Source: Trueperaceae bacterium | GTDB lineage: Bacteria > Deinococcota > Deinococci > Deinococcales > Trueperaceae | DNA length: 64,000 nt | NCBI GenBank assembly: GCA_034521815.1 | Contig: JAXHLW010000013.1 | Coordinates: 1,536,001 to 1,600,000, forward strand | Direction of reading: 5' to 3' | Part shown: one piece after another, positions 51,806 to 61,233 of the stretch | Layout: each line of letters begins with the position of its first letter | How positions within the stretch are numbered: position 1 is the stretch's first letter | Translations under genes and position numbers: made by a program | The notes under the pieces: model-generated | What the model saw: the letters and a program-made list of their open reading frames with translations, nothing else | Database searches by the model: none | Told to the model about the DNA's origin: nothing

Positions 51806-53227
51806 GTGGATTCTCGTGACGACCCGCGTACGCCCGGCGGGCCGGATGTTCCGTTGCGCGTAACGTTCGAACAGACGCAGCGCTACGACCGCCCCGGGCC
51901 GAGGTACACCTCCTATCCCACCGCCGTCGAGTTCGACGAGGCGTTCGGCGCCGACGCGTACACGGACGCGCTCGAAGCCGCGCGCACGACGGACGCGCCG
52001 CTTTCGCTGTACATGCACCTGCCGTTCTGCGCGGAGCGCTGCCTGTACTGCGCCTGCAACGTCGTGATCACGCCCCACACCTACGTGGCCGAGCCGTACC
52101 TCGACTACCTGGAGCGCGAGATGGACCTCGTCGTCGACCGGCTCGGCTCGTCCCGGCCGGTGGCGCAGCTGCACCTCGGTGGAGGCACGCCCACCTACTT
52201 CTCGCCTCGGCAGCTCGACGACCTGATGGAACGGCTGGGCCGGCGCTTCGCGTTTTCTCCCGACGCCGAGAAGGCGCTGGAGGTCGATCCCCGCGTCACG
52301 ACCCGGGAGCACCTCGCGACCCTCGCGACGCACGGCTTCAATCGCCTGTCGCTGGGCGTGCAGGACTTCGACCCCACGGTCCAGGCGTCGGTGAACCGGA
52401 TCCAGTCGGTCCAGCAGACCCGCGACCTGATGGACGCCGCGCGAGAGCTGGCTTTCGGATCGCTGAACATCGACCTGATCTACGGTCTGCCCCACCAGAC
52501 GCCGGCGTCGTTCGCGCGAACCGTCGCCCAGGTCGCCGAGCTGCGACCCGACCGGCTCGCGGTCTACTCGTTCGCGCTGGTGCCGTGGCTGAAGCACCAT
52601 CAGAAGCAGCTCCCCCACGAGGCGCTGCCCTCGCCCGAGACGAAGCTGGAGCTGCTCCTCACCGCACGCGAGGGGTTGATGGGCGCAGGCTACCTGGACA
52701 TCGGCATGGACCACTTCGCGCTGCCCGACGACGAGCTGGCTCTGGCGCAGCAGGACGGCCGGCTGTGGCGCAACTTCATGGGGTACACGACCGTGCGGGC
52801 GCCCGACATGGTCGGACTGGGCGTGTCGGCGATCGGCTCGGTCGGGGGCACGTTCGCGCAGAACGAGAAGAAGCTGAGCCGCTACTATCGGGCGCTGGAC
52901 GAGGGGCGCCTGCCGATCGAGCGCGGCTACGCCCTGACGGCCGACGACCTGGTTCGCCAGCACCTGATCCGGGAGTGGATGAGTCAGTTCCGGGTGGACA
53001 AGGCCGACGTCGAGCGGCGCTTCGGCATCGACTTCGATCGCTACTTCGCAGGCGAGCTCGCCACGCTGTCGCGCGACTTCGTACCCGAGGACCTGGTCCG
53101 TCTGGAGCCGGACGCGATCGTGGCCCAGCCGCTGGGCAGGCTGTTCCCCCGCAACGTCGCGATGGTGTTCGACGTCCACCTCCGGGCGCGCACGTCGGAC
53201 AAACCGATGTTCTCGAGAACGGTGTGA
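51806..53227 (+). CDS. hemN: Oxygen-independent coproporphyrinogen III oxidase
   Basis: PGPRYTSYPTA, HLPFC...CLYC.C, GGGTP, GVQDFD, IGMDHF and RNFMGY. Confidence 0.93.
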   Translation: MDSRDDPRTPGGPDVPLRVTFEQTQRYDRPGPRYTSYPTAVEFDEAFGADAYTDALEAARTTDAPLSLYMHLPFCAERCLYCACNVVITPHTYVAEPYLDYLEREMDLVVDRLGSSRPVAQLHLGGGTPTYFSPRQLDDLMERLGRRFAFSPDAEKALEVDPRVTTREHLATLATHGFNRLSLGVQDFDPTVQASVNRIQSVQQTRDLMDAARELAFGSLNIDLIYGLPHQTPASFARTVAQVAELRPDRLAVYSFALVPWLKHHQKQLPHEALPSPETKLELLLTAREGLMGAGYLDIGMDHFALPDDELALAQQDGRLWRNFMGYTTVRAPDMVGLGVSAIGSVGGTFAQNEKKLSRYYRALDEGRLPIERGYALTADDLVRQHLIREWMSQFRVDKADVERRFGIDFDRYFAGELATLSRDFVPEDLVRLEPDAIVAQPLGRLFPRNVAMVFDVHLRARTSDKPMFSRTV

Positions 53228-54648
53228 GCGCCAGCGACCGCGACGGACCGCGCGTCGTGATCGTCGGTGGCGGGATCTCGGGCCTGGCCACGGCGTTCCG
53301 CGTGCGCGAGGCCCTGCCCGGCGCCTCGCTGACCGTGCTCGAGAAGCAGCCCGACGCCGGCGGCATCGCCCGCAGCGACGCGGTCGACGGCTACGTCGTC
53401 GACCGCGGCCCGAACGGCTTTCTGACGAACGTGCCCGAGTCGGTCGAGCTGGCGCGCGCGTTGGGCCTGGAGGACGATCTGGCCCCCGCCACCGACGCGG
53501 CCCGGCACCGCATGCTGTACCAGCGGGGCGAGCTCCGCTCGCTCCCGACCGGACCGGCCGCGTTCCTCACGACCGGACTGCTCTCCCCTGTGGCCAAGGC
53601 GCGCGTCGCGCTGGAGCCGTTCGTCCGTCGGGCGCCGCCGGACGTGGACGAGACCGTGCACCGCTTCGCCCAGCGGCGGCTGGGCCGCGCGTTCGCCGAC
53701 GCGTTCATCGCGCCGATGGTGCTGGGCATCACGGCCGGCGACGCCAGGCTCACCAGCGTAGGAGCGTTGTTCCCTCGCCTCAAGCGCCTCGAGGACGAGC
53801 ACGGCGGTCTGTTCCGGGGGATGCTCGCTCGGCAGCGCGAGGCCCGCGCCCAGCCCGACAGCGCGGGCGGTCCCGCCGGGCCGGGCGGTCGGCTGACCAC
53901 CTTCCGAGGAGGCGGTATCGAACGGCTGATCGACGCGCTGCGCGACGATCTCGGATCGATCGTGCGCACCGGACACGAGGTCACGCGAATCGTGGCCGAC
54001 GCCGGCGGCGACGGCGACAGCGACGGTGCGCGCTACCGTGTCGAGCTCGACGTCGGCGACGTCGTCGCGGCCGACGTGCTGATCGTGGCCACACCCGCCT
54101 TCGTCGCCGCGAAGCTGCTGGCCGACGTCCTGCCGGAAGCGAAGGACGATCTCGAGGCGATCCCCTACGCCGGCGTGCGGGTCCTGGGACTGGGCTACGC
54201 CCGCGAGCACGTACCGCGTCCGCTGGACGGGTTCGGCTTCCTGGTGCCACGCGGCCAAGGCGTCCGCATCCTGGGCTGCCTGTGGACGTCCACGCTGTTC
54301 CCCTGGCAGGCGCCCGAGGGCAAGGCGCTGCTGCGCGTCATCGCGGGCGGCGTGCCGGATCCCGAGTTCGTGCAGCTGAACGACGACGAGGCGCTCGCGG
54401 TGGTCCAGCGCGACCTGGAGACCACCATGGGCATCACCGCGGAGCCCGAGATGGTCCACCACGTACGCTGGGAGAAAGCGATTCCGCAGTACTGGCAGGG
54501 GCACCGCGAGCGGGTGGCGCGCATCATGGCGGCCGCAGGCGCGCGTCCCGGCCTGCTGCTCACGGGAAACGCGTACTACGGCATCGGCGTGAACGACTGC
54601 GCCCGTGACGCGAACCGCGTGGCCGAGGCGGTCAGCGCCTCGGCCTGA
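53224..54648 (+). CDS. hemY: Protoporphyrinogen oxidase (HemY-type)
   Basis: GGGISGL, GPNGF, GITAGD, GFGFLVP, IPQY and GNAYYGIGVNDC. GTGA overlap with hemN. Confidence 0.9.
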   Translation: MSASDRDGPRVVIVGGGISGLATAFRVREALPGASLTVLEKQPDAGGIARSDAVDGYVVDRGPNGFLTNVPESVELARALGLEDDLAPATDAARHRMLYQRGELRSLPTGPAAFLTTGLLSPVAKARVALEPFVRRAPPDVDETVHRFAQRRLGRAFADAFIAPMVLGITAGDARLTSVGALFPRLKRLEDEHGGLFRGMLARQREARAQPDSAGGPAGPGGRLTTFRGGGIERLIDALRDDLGSIVRTGHEVTRIVADAGGDGDSDGARYRVELDVGDVVAADVLIVATPAFVAAKLLADVLPEAKDDLEAIPYAGVRVLGLGYAREHVPRPLDGFGFLVPRGQGVRILGCLWTSTLFPWQAPEGKALLRVIAGGVPDPEFVQLNDDEALAVVQRDLETTMGITAEPEMVHHVRWEKAIPQYWQGHRERVARIMAAAGARPGLLLTGNAYYGIGVNDCARDANRVAEAVSASA

Positions 54649-54703
54649 TCCCGGCCCCACCGCTCCCGCGCGGTAGGGCTTCGTGCCTCAGGCCACCGCC
54701 GCC

Positions 54704-55477
54704 TCAGGCCACCCCGAAGCGCGCCTCGAACGACGCGACGACCTCGCGCAGGCGGTCGTCGAGACGGGCCAGCGTTTCCGTCCGGATCCGGGCCGGCACG
54801 CCGCCGAAGTACGCCTGGGCGATGCCGCCGGCGATGCACGCCATGGTGTCGGCGTCGCCGCCCAGCGAGATCGCCTTGCGCACCGCGTCCTCGACGTCGT
54901 CGGCCTCGAGGAACGCCGTGATCGAGGGCGGCACCGAGCCTTGGCAGGACACGTCGAAGCCGTAGCCGGGCCGGATCTCGTCCAGGGTCGCGCTCAGGTC
55001 GTAGCCGGCGTCACGCTCGATCGCCTCGCGGACCTCGTCCTTCGAGGCGCCGTGGCGCGCCAGGAAGATCGCCAGGGCGACCGCCTGGGCACCGCGGACG
55101 CCCTCGGGATGGTCGTGGGTGACGGCCGCCGTCTCGGCCGCCTTGGCCCAGGCCTCCTCCTCGCTGGCGGCCGCGAAGCCCACCGGGCTCACCCGCATCG
55201 CGGAGCCGTTGCCCCAGCTCCCGTACGGCTCCCGGCGCCCGTCGCGCGCCCAGCGCAGGAAGTTTCCGCCGTAGCCGGCATGCGGGTAGGCGCGGACGTA
55301 AGCGTGGAACAGCTCGACGAGGTCCGTGCCGTCCAGCAGGTGCTCGGCGACGGCGACGGTCAGGACGGTGTCGTCGGTGAAGCGGCTGTCCGGGACCCAG
55401 AGCGGGAAGGCCGTGCGCTTGGTCCCGGCCCCCTCGTGGACCGAGCCGATGACGTCGCCGGCGATCGCGCCGAGCAC
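54704..55477 (-). CDS. ADP-ribosylglycohydrolase (DraG-like)
   Basis: GAIAGD, FTDDT, SWGNGSAMR, THDH and GGDADT. Confidence 0.9.
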   Translation of the reverse strand: MLGAIAGDVIGSVHEGAGTKRTAFPLWVPDSRFTDDTVLTVAVAEHLLDGTDLVELFHAYVRAYPHAGYGGNFLRWARDGRREPYGSWGNGSAMRVSPVGFAAASEEEAWAKAAETAAVTHDHPEGVRGAQAVALAIFLARHGASKDEVREAIERDAGYDLSATLDEIRPGYGFDVSCQGSVPPSITAFLEADDVEDAVRKAISLGGDADTMACIAGGIAQAYFGGVPARIRTETLARLDDRLREVVASFEARFGVA

Positions 55478-55479
55478 CC

Positions 55480-56073
55480 TCAGGCCTCCGTCGGCTCGGC
55501 GGACCTCTCCGCCTGACCCGCCGCACCGTCCTTGGCGCGCCGCAGCTCGCGGACCAGCAGGCGCGACACCGCGGTGTGGCAGGTGCTGCAGGTAGGGCTG
55601 GTCCCCAGGTAGGGCGCGAGGTCGGCGAACGAGGTGGCGCCGTGATCCGCGATGACGCGCCGCACGTCGGCGCTGGTGAGCCGGTGGTCGTCGCACACGT
55701 CGTACACCGCCGGCGGCGTCAGCGACCAGCGATCCGGGTCGGCCTGATGCTCGGCGAACCTGGCGTCCCAGAACGCGCGCTCGAAGTCGACCATGGCCAC
55801 CTCGAACTCGGCCATCCCGCTGGCCAGCGTCCGTCCGTCCTGGGCCAGCCGCTCCTCCTCCTCGAGGAACGGAAGCTCGAAGTCGGCCAGGATGTCGACG
55901 GCGTCGAGCAGGAAGGCGTCGAGCTCGTCACGGCGGGCGCGCAGGTCACGGAGCCGCTCGGGCGTCCACGGCGCCTCGGGGGCCTCCACCATCAGCATCG
56001 GGAGCACCAGCTCCTTGGCGTTCTTGGTGGCGGCGACGGCGGCCTCGATGAAGGCACGCTTGTGGCGGATCAT
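55480..56073 (-). CDS. Hypothetical protein with a C-terminal BFD-like [2Fe-2S] domain
   Basis: Acidic helical N-terminus, then VCDDH.LT...V..VI...GA.S..DL....GT..TCSTC. GAGGAG RBS. Confidence 0.7.
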   Translation of the reverse strand: MIRHKRAFIEAAVAATKNAKELVLPMLMVEAPEAPWTPERLRDLRARRDELDAFLLDAVDILADFELPFLEEEERLAQDGRTLASGMAEFEVAMVDFERAFWDARFAEHQADPDRWSLTPPAVYDVCDDHRLTSADVRRVIADHGATSFADLAPYLGTSPTCSTCHTAVSRLLVRELRRAKDGAAGQAERSAEPTEA

Positions 56074-56100
56074 CGGCAGCTCCTCATCGGCAGCTCCTCA

Positions 56101-57163
56101 TCAGCAGATCCGCGGCAGCTGCTCTTCGATCGGCATCTCGAGCAGCCTTCGGCTGCCGTACGCGGTCTCGATCAGCGCCACCCCTTCGGGCTTCTTCACG
56201 ATGTCGCCGATGACGGCGGCCTCGCGCCCCAGCGGGTGCGCCTTCATGGCGCCCAGCGCCGCCTCGGTCTGGTCGGGCGGCACGACCATCATCACCTTGC
56301 CCTCGTTCGCGGCCAGCAGCGGGTCGATGCCCAGCATCTCGCTGTACTGCTCGACGATGTCGTGGATCGGTACGGCGACGTCGAACACGCGCAGCCCGAA
56401 CGCGCGCCGGTGCACGACCTCGTTCGCGACGGCGGCCAGCCCGCCCCGGGTCACGTCCCGCATGAAGCGGACGCCGGGCGCGACCTCCAGGACGCGCGCG
56501 ATCAGGCCGTTCAGCGGCGCGACGTCGGACTCCAGCTCCACGCCCAGCTCCAGCCCTTCGCGCCGGGACATCACCGGCGATGCCGTGGTCGCCCAGCGTG
56601 CCGTTGACGAGCACCTTGTCGCCGGGCCGAATCTGGCCCAAGCCCAGCGTCAGGCCGTCGGGAACGAACCCGATGCCGGCGGTGTTCACGAACAGGCCGT
56701 CGCCCTTGCCGCGTTGCAGCACCTTGGTGTCGCCCGCGACGATCTCGATGCCCGCCTCGTCCGCGGTGGCCTTCATGGAGCGGACCACGCGCTCGAGCTC
56801 GTCCATGTCGTAGCCCTCCTCGAGCAGGAAGGCCGCCGTGAGGTAGGCCGGTCTCGCGCCCATCACGGCCAGGTCGTTCACCGTTCCGGCCACCGCCAGG
56901 CGACCGATGTCGCCGCCGGGGAAGAAGGTGGGCGTCACCGTGTGCGAGTCGGTCGCGAACGCGATCCGCCCGCCCGGGTTGGCCACGATCGCGGCGTCGG
57001 TGAGCTCGCGCAGCGGCTCGTTGCTGAAGACCGAGACGAACAGCTCCTCGATCAGCTCCAGGCTGAGCTTGCCGCCCGAGCCGTGCGCCAGCCGGACGGT
57101 GTCGTACCGCGACGTCGTCTTGGGCTGGGCGGCGGTGGCCGCTCCTTCAGGCGGTTTCGACAT
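56101..57163 (-). CDS. hypE: Hydrogenase maturation protein HypE, frameshift near 56575
   Basis: HGSGG, TDSH, GTVNDLA, GDTKV, MRDVTRGG, ANEGK and C-terminal PRIC. Confidence 0.93.
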
Positions 57164-58403
57164 GGAGCGTCTCCTTGTGCATGCCGTAGACGTACCAGGC
57201 TCGGCAGGTGCCCTCGTGGCTCACCATGCACGGGCCGTAGGGGGCGTCCGGCGTGCACAGCTTGCCGAACACGCCGCACTCGTCGGGCCGGATCTGCCCC
57301 AGCGTCACCTCGGCGCAGCGGCAGCCCTTGGGATGCTCGGCGCCGGCCAGCTCGGCCTCGTCCAGGCTGTCCGCGAAGCGCAGGGCGGCGCTGTACGACC
57401 GGTACGCCTCGCGCAGCTTGTAGCCCGAGGCGGGGATCTCGGCGATGCCGCGCCAGCGGATCGGGGCGAGCTCGAACACCTCGTTCAGCTCCTGCTTGGC
57501 GCGCTCGTTCCCGTCGTACTTGACCAGTCGCTGGTACGGGTTCGCGACGATCGGCTCGCCGTCGCGGATCTGCTCCAGCAGCGACGCGACGGAGGCCAGC
57601 ACGTCCACGGGCTCGAACCCGCCGGCAGCGCAGGCGATGCCCAGCTCGTTCAGGTGCTCGTACACCCGCAGGCCGGTGATCGTCGCGGCGTGCCCCGGCA
57701 GGATGAACCCCTCGATGTCGAAGCCCTCGAGCTGCGGCAGGATCGCGGTGGCCGGCGGCGTGTAGTAGTTCGCCTCGATGATGCTCAGGTTCGCCGGCGC
57801 GCCGCGCTTCAGCATGGCGGCGACGGCGACGACGGTGGTCTCGAACCCGACGGAGAAGAACACCACCTCGCGGTCCGGGTTCTCGCGCGCCAGCTTGGCG
57901 GCGTCGAACACGCTGTAGACGGCGCGTACGTCGCCGCCCTGAGCACGCGCGTCCAGCAGGCTCATGCGCACGTCGCCGCGGCGCTCGCCCTTCAGGGGGA
58001 TGCTGCCGGGCACGGCCAGCATGTCGCCGAACGAGGCGAGGATCACGCCGGGCGTGAGCGCCAGCTGAATCGCCATGTTGATGTACTCGTTGTCGCACAC
58101 GCAGACCGGGCAGCCCGGCCCGGCGAGCACCTCGACGCTGCTGGGAAGAAGGTCGCGAAGCGCGTAGCGGCCGATCTCGTGCTCGTGCGTGCCGCAGATG
58201 TGCATCAGCTTGGTGGGGCGGCCGATCTCGCCTGCGAGCTCCGCGATGCGCCTCTGCAGGCGCCCGACCAGCTCGGCGTCCTTGTACGTCTCGGGCCGGA
58301 AGTCGAACGCCGGCCCCGCCTGGGGGTCGGCGCTCTGGGCTCCGCCGCTCTGGGTTCCACGGTCGGGCGCCGGCGCGACCGCCACGTCGTCCCTCTCAGG
58401 CAC
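57147..58403 (-). CDS. hypD: Hydrogenase maturation protein HypD
   Basis: CGTH, GPGCPVC, GFETT, PGH and CMVS.EG.C. Confidence 0.94.
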   Translation of the reverse strand: MPERDDVAVAPAPDRGTQSGGAQSADPQAGPAFDFRPETYKDAELVGRLQRRIAELAGEIGRPTKLMHICGTHEHEIGRYALRDLLPSSVEVLAGPGCPVCVCDNEYINMAIQLALTPGVILASFGDMLAVPGSIPLKGERRGDVRMSLLDARAQGGDVRAVYSVFDAAKLARENPDREVVFFSVGFETTVVAVAAMLKRGAPANLSIIEANYYTPPATAILPQLEGFDIEGFILPGHAATITGLRVYEHLNELGIACAAGGFEPVDVLASVASLLEQIRDGEPIVANPYQRLVKYDGNERAKQELNEVFELAPIRWRGIAEIPASGYKLREAYRSYSAALRFADSLDEAELAGAEHPKGCRCAEVTLGQIRPDECGVFGKLCTPDAPYGPCMVSHEGTCRAWYVYGMHKETLHVETA

Positions 58404-58626
58404 GGGTCTCGGGCTCCAGGTAGCGCTGGATCAGGCGCAGGTTGGCCTTGGCGTCGTCCGGCTCGATCTTGTCGATGGCGAAGCCGGCGTGCACGACGAC
58501 CCAGTCGCCCGGTTTCAGGTCCTCGATCAGGCCGATGAAGCAGTGTTGCGTCGCCTGGCCCAGTCGGATCGTGCAGCTGTCCTGGTCGATGACGTCGACC
58601 ACCTCGTGGGGAATCCCTAGACACAT
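58396..58626 (-). CDS. hypC: Hydrogenase chaperone HypC
   Basis: MCLGIP and GDWVVVHAGFAI. Confidence 0.94.
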   Translation of the reverse strand: MCLGIPHEVVDVIDQDSCTIRLGQATQHCFIGLIEDLKPGDWVVVHAGFAIDKIEPDDAKANLRLIQRYLEPETRA

Positions 58627-58712
58627 GTCGAGCCTCCAGCTCTGGTGCCGTGCTCGTGAATCTGCAGCCCGTAGACGCCCGACACCCCCGGCGCCCGCTG
58701 GTGGACCGGTGC

Positions 58713-59432
58713 TCAGGCCAGCTTCGCGGCGCGCTGTTCGCGCAGCCAGGCCAGCCAGGGAGCCATGCCTTCGCCCGTCCTCGCGGAGAGCTCGAACAGC
58801 TTGGCGTTCGGGGTGACCTGGCGCACGCTTTCCAGCGCGCGATCGCGATCGAACCCGACCGCCTCCGCGATGTCGATCTTGTTGATGATCACCGCGTCCG
58901 CGTCCTTGAAGATGCGGGGGTACTTCAGCGGCTTGTCCTCGCCCTCGGTGACCGAGAGCATCGTGACCCGCAGGTCCTCGCCCAGGTCCCAGGCGGCCGG
59001 ACAGACCAGATTGCCGACGTTCTCGATCACGACGACGTCGAGGTCGTCGAGGTCCAGGCCGTCCACCGCGCGGGCCACCATCTCGGCTTCCAGGTGGCAC
59101 ACCGCGCCGGTCACGATCTGGACGGACGGCGCACCGGCCCCGTGCAGGCGGACCGCGTCGTTGTCGGTCTCCAGGTCGCCGACGACGACGCCGATGGCGA
59201 GGTCGCTCGCGAGCTCCCGGACGGTGCGCTCCATCAGCGCGGTCTTGCCCGATCCGGGCGAGGAGACGATGTTCAGCACCAGGCGTCGCGCGAACCGGGT
59301 CCGGTTCTCGGCGGCCACCCCGTCGTTGTGGGTCATCAGCGACTTCTGTACCTGGACGACGCGCATGTCCGTGCCCGCGGACGTGCCGTGGGCACGGACG
59401 CGTACATCGCGTGTCGCGACCTTCGTTTCCAT
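58713..59432 (-). CDS. hypB: Hydrogenase nickel-insertion GTPase HypB
   Basis: SSPGSGKT, CHLEA, ENVGNLVCP, EGEDKPLKYP and NKID. Confidence 0.94.
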   Translation of the reverse strand: METKVATRDVRVRAHGTSAGTDMRVVQVQKSLMTHNDGVAAENRTRFARRLVLNIVSSPGSGKTALMERTVRELASDLAIGVVVGDLETDNDAVRLHGAGAPSVQIVTGAVCHLEAEMVARAVDGLDLDDLDVVVIENVGNLVCPAAWDLGEDLRVTMLSVTEGEDKPLKYPRIFKDADAVIINKIDIAEAVGFDRDRALESVRQVTPNAKLFELSARTGEGMAPWLAWLREQRAAKLA

Positions 59433-59475
59433 CAGGCGACCTCCCTCTTCGTCGTTGGCCCCATCATGTCACCTC

Positions 59476-59823
59476 TCACACCACTTCGAGATGGGCGAGC
59501 TGTAGCTCGCGCCCTTGGCGGAGGTCGGCGGACGGCGTCCCGCAGGTGGGGCACAACGCGACGCCGTAGCGGTTGTCGAGCTCGAAGCTGGCGTCGCACA
59601 GGCCGCAGTGCGCGATGGCGGGCAGGTAGTCCACCTCGAGCCGCGCATCCTCGGCCATGGTGCCGAGGCGAGCTCCGGAGAACGCGAACTCCAGCGCCTC
59701 GGGAACGACGCCCGCGAGGGCGCCGATCTCGAGGTGGATCGCGTCGATGCGTGTCGCGCCGTCGTCCCGCGCCGTCTTCTCCGCGAGGTCCAGCATGCTC
59801 ATCACCAGCGAGAACTCATGCAT
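59476..59823 (-). CDS. hypA: Hydrogenase nickel chaperone HypA
   Basis: MHEFS, CGLC and CPTC, GREL. Confidence 0.94.
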   Translation of the reverse strand: MHEFSLVMSMLDLAEKTARDDGATRIDAIHLEIGALAGVVPEALEFAFSGARLGTMAEDARLEVDYLPAIAHCGLCDASFELDNRYGVALCPTCGTPSADLRQGRELQLAHLEVV

Positions 59824-60373
59824 GGGCCAACACGATCTCCTCGGCGCTGAACACGTCGTCGGCCCGCATCTCCGGCCGGACGATCTGGGGCGTGACGCCG
59901 TGCGTTTCGAGCTCGCGAAGCACGACGGTGGCCAAGGCGTCCATGCGACCACGCACCGTCGGCGTGAGTCCCACGCCCACCTCGCCGCTCTCGAACTCCA
60001 GGGGAGCGACGCCGATGCCGACGATCGTCACGTCGGGCAGGTCCCCGTACAGGTCCATCGCGGTGAGCAGGTCGGGAACCTCCCACTCGTGAGAGGACAG
60101 CTTGCCGTAGCCGATCTCGTCGGGAACCTCGCCCCGCCCGAAGCGATACACCTTTCCGGGCGGGGCGGCGACGGCGTCGACCAGCACGACGTGCCGGTAC
60201 TCGGCGATCAGGTTCAGCAGCTGCCAGCCCAGCGTCCCGCCGTCGACGATCTCGACGTGGTCCGGGAAGGCGTACTTGCTGCGCAGGTAGTGCATCAGGT
60301 GCACGCCCGCGCCCTCGTCGCCGTAGTACACGTTTCCGACGCCGAGCACGAGGAGCGGGCGTGCGTCGCTCAT
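59816..60373 (-). CDS. Hydrogenase maturation endopeptidase (HyaD/HybD family)
   Basis: LGVGN...GDEGAG, VDGGT, VDA and SSH. Confidence 0.92.
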   Translation of the reverse strand: MSDARPLLVLGVGNVYYGDEGAGVHLMHYLRSKYAFPDHVEIVDGGTLGWQLLNLIAEYRHVVLVDAVAAPPGKVYRFGRGEVPDEIGYGKLSSHEWEVPDLLTAMDLYGDLPDVTIVGIGVAPLEFESGEVGVGLTPTVRGRMDALATVVLRELETHGVTPQIVRPEMRADDVFSAEEIVLAHA

Positions 60374-61230
60374 GAGGTCTCGTCCCTCTTCGAATCGCGC
60401 GTCGCGCGCTTGGTCGTGCGCTTCGCCGTCGGCGCGCTGCTCGGCTCGACGGCGTCGACCTCTTCGGCCCCCGCTTCGCGCGTGGTGGCGTCCTGGGCCG
60501 CGAAGCCGGAGATGATGCCCTCGACCAGCATGTTGCCGGTCCGCATGCTGTTCCAGACCGCCATGTAGATGTGGACCATCGTGAACACGACGAAGAACCA
60601 CATCGCGACGTGATGGACCATGCGGACGTTGGCGAGGCCGCCCAGCCAGACTTGGATCGGGCTCAGCAGGTTCGCGCCGAACGTCGCCAGCCCGCCCTGC
60701 ACGTACGGTGCCGCGATCAGGATGCCGGTGACGCTGATGACCAGCAGCGCGGCGTAGAGGAGCGTGTAGACGAGGTACTGAAGCGGGCCGTAGTTGCTGT
60801 ACGTGAAGTGCGGGTGCTCGCGCTTCATCAGCAGGTAGAACGCCAGCTGATCGCGCCACGCCTTCCAGTTGAACAGGATCGGCGCCATGCGGAGCTCCGC
60901 ACCGAGACCCAGCTTGCCCTCCCGGTTGATGAACAGGAACTGGTAGATCCGGGCCAGCGTGAACGCCAGCAGCAGCCAGCCGGCGGCCACGTGCCAGCCG
61001 CGAATCTGCGCCAGCATGAAGTTGTCGGCCGTTGCGACGCCCAGGTTGCGTGCGAAGAACGGGTTGGCGAGGTAGATGCCGCTCAGCACCAGCCAGATCA
61101 GCAGCGCGTTGCGGACCCAGTGCGTGATCCGCACGAACCGTCCGAAGACGTACACCACCATCTTCGGGCGGCCCTTGCGCTCCATCACGACCGCTCTGGG
61201 CCTACCGGCACGGGTCGTGTCGGTCGTCAC
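60370..61230 (-). CDS. Ni/Fe-hydrogenase b-type cytochrome subunit
   Basis: VRITHW, RGWH, VRMVHH and MVHIY heme-ligand histidines in four TM helices. Confidence 0.9.
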   Translation of the reverse strand: MTTDTTRAGRPRAVVMERKGRPKMVVYVFGRFVRITHWVRNALLIWLVLSGIYLANPFFARNLGVATADNFMLAQIRGWHVAAGWLLLAFTLARIYQFLFINREGKLGLGAELRMAPILFNWKAWRDQLAFYLLMKREHPHFTYSNYGPLQYLVYTLLYAALLVISVTGILIAAPYVQGGLATFGANLLSPIQVWLGGLANVRMVHHVAMWFFVVFTMVHIYMAVWNSMRTGNMLVEGIISGFAAQDATTREAGAEEVDAVEPSSAPTAKRTTKRATRDSKRDETS

Positions 61231-61233
61231 GCG

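Noticed and set aside
56560-56590. Programmed frameshift in hypE or other genes
   Set aside because: No slippery heptamer is evident, and the window-wide indel rate explains it more simply.
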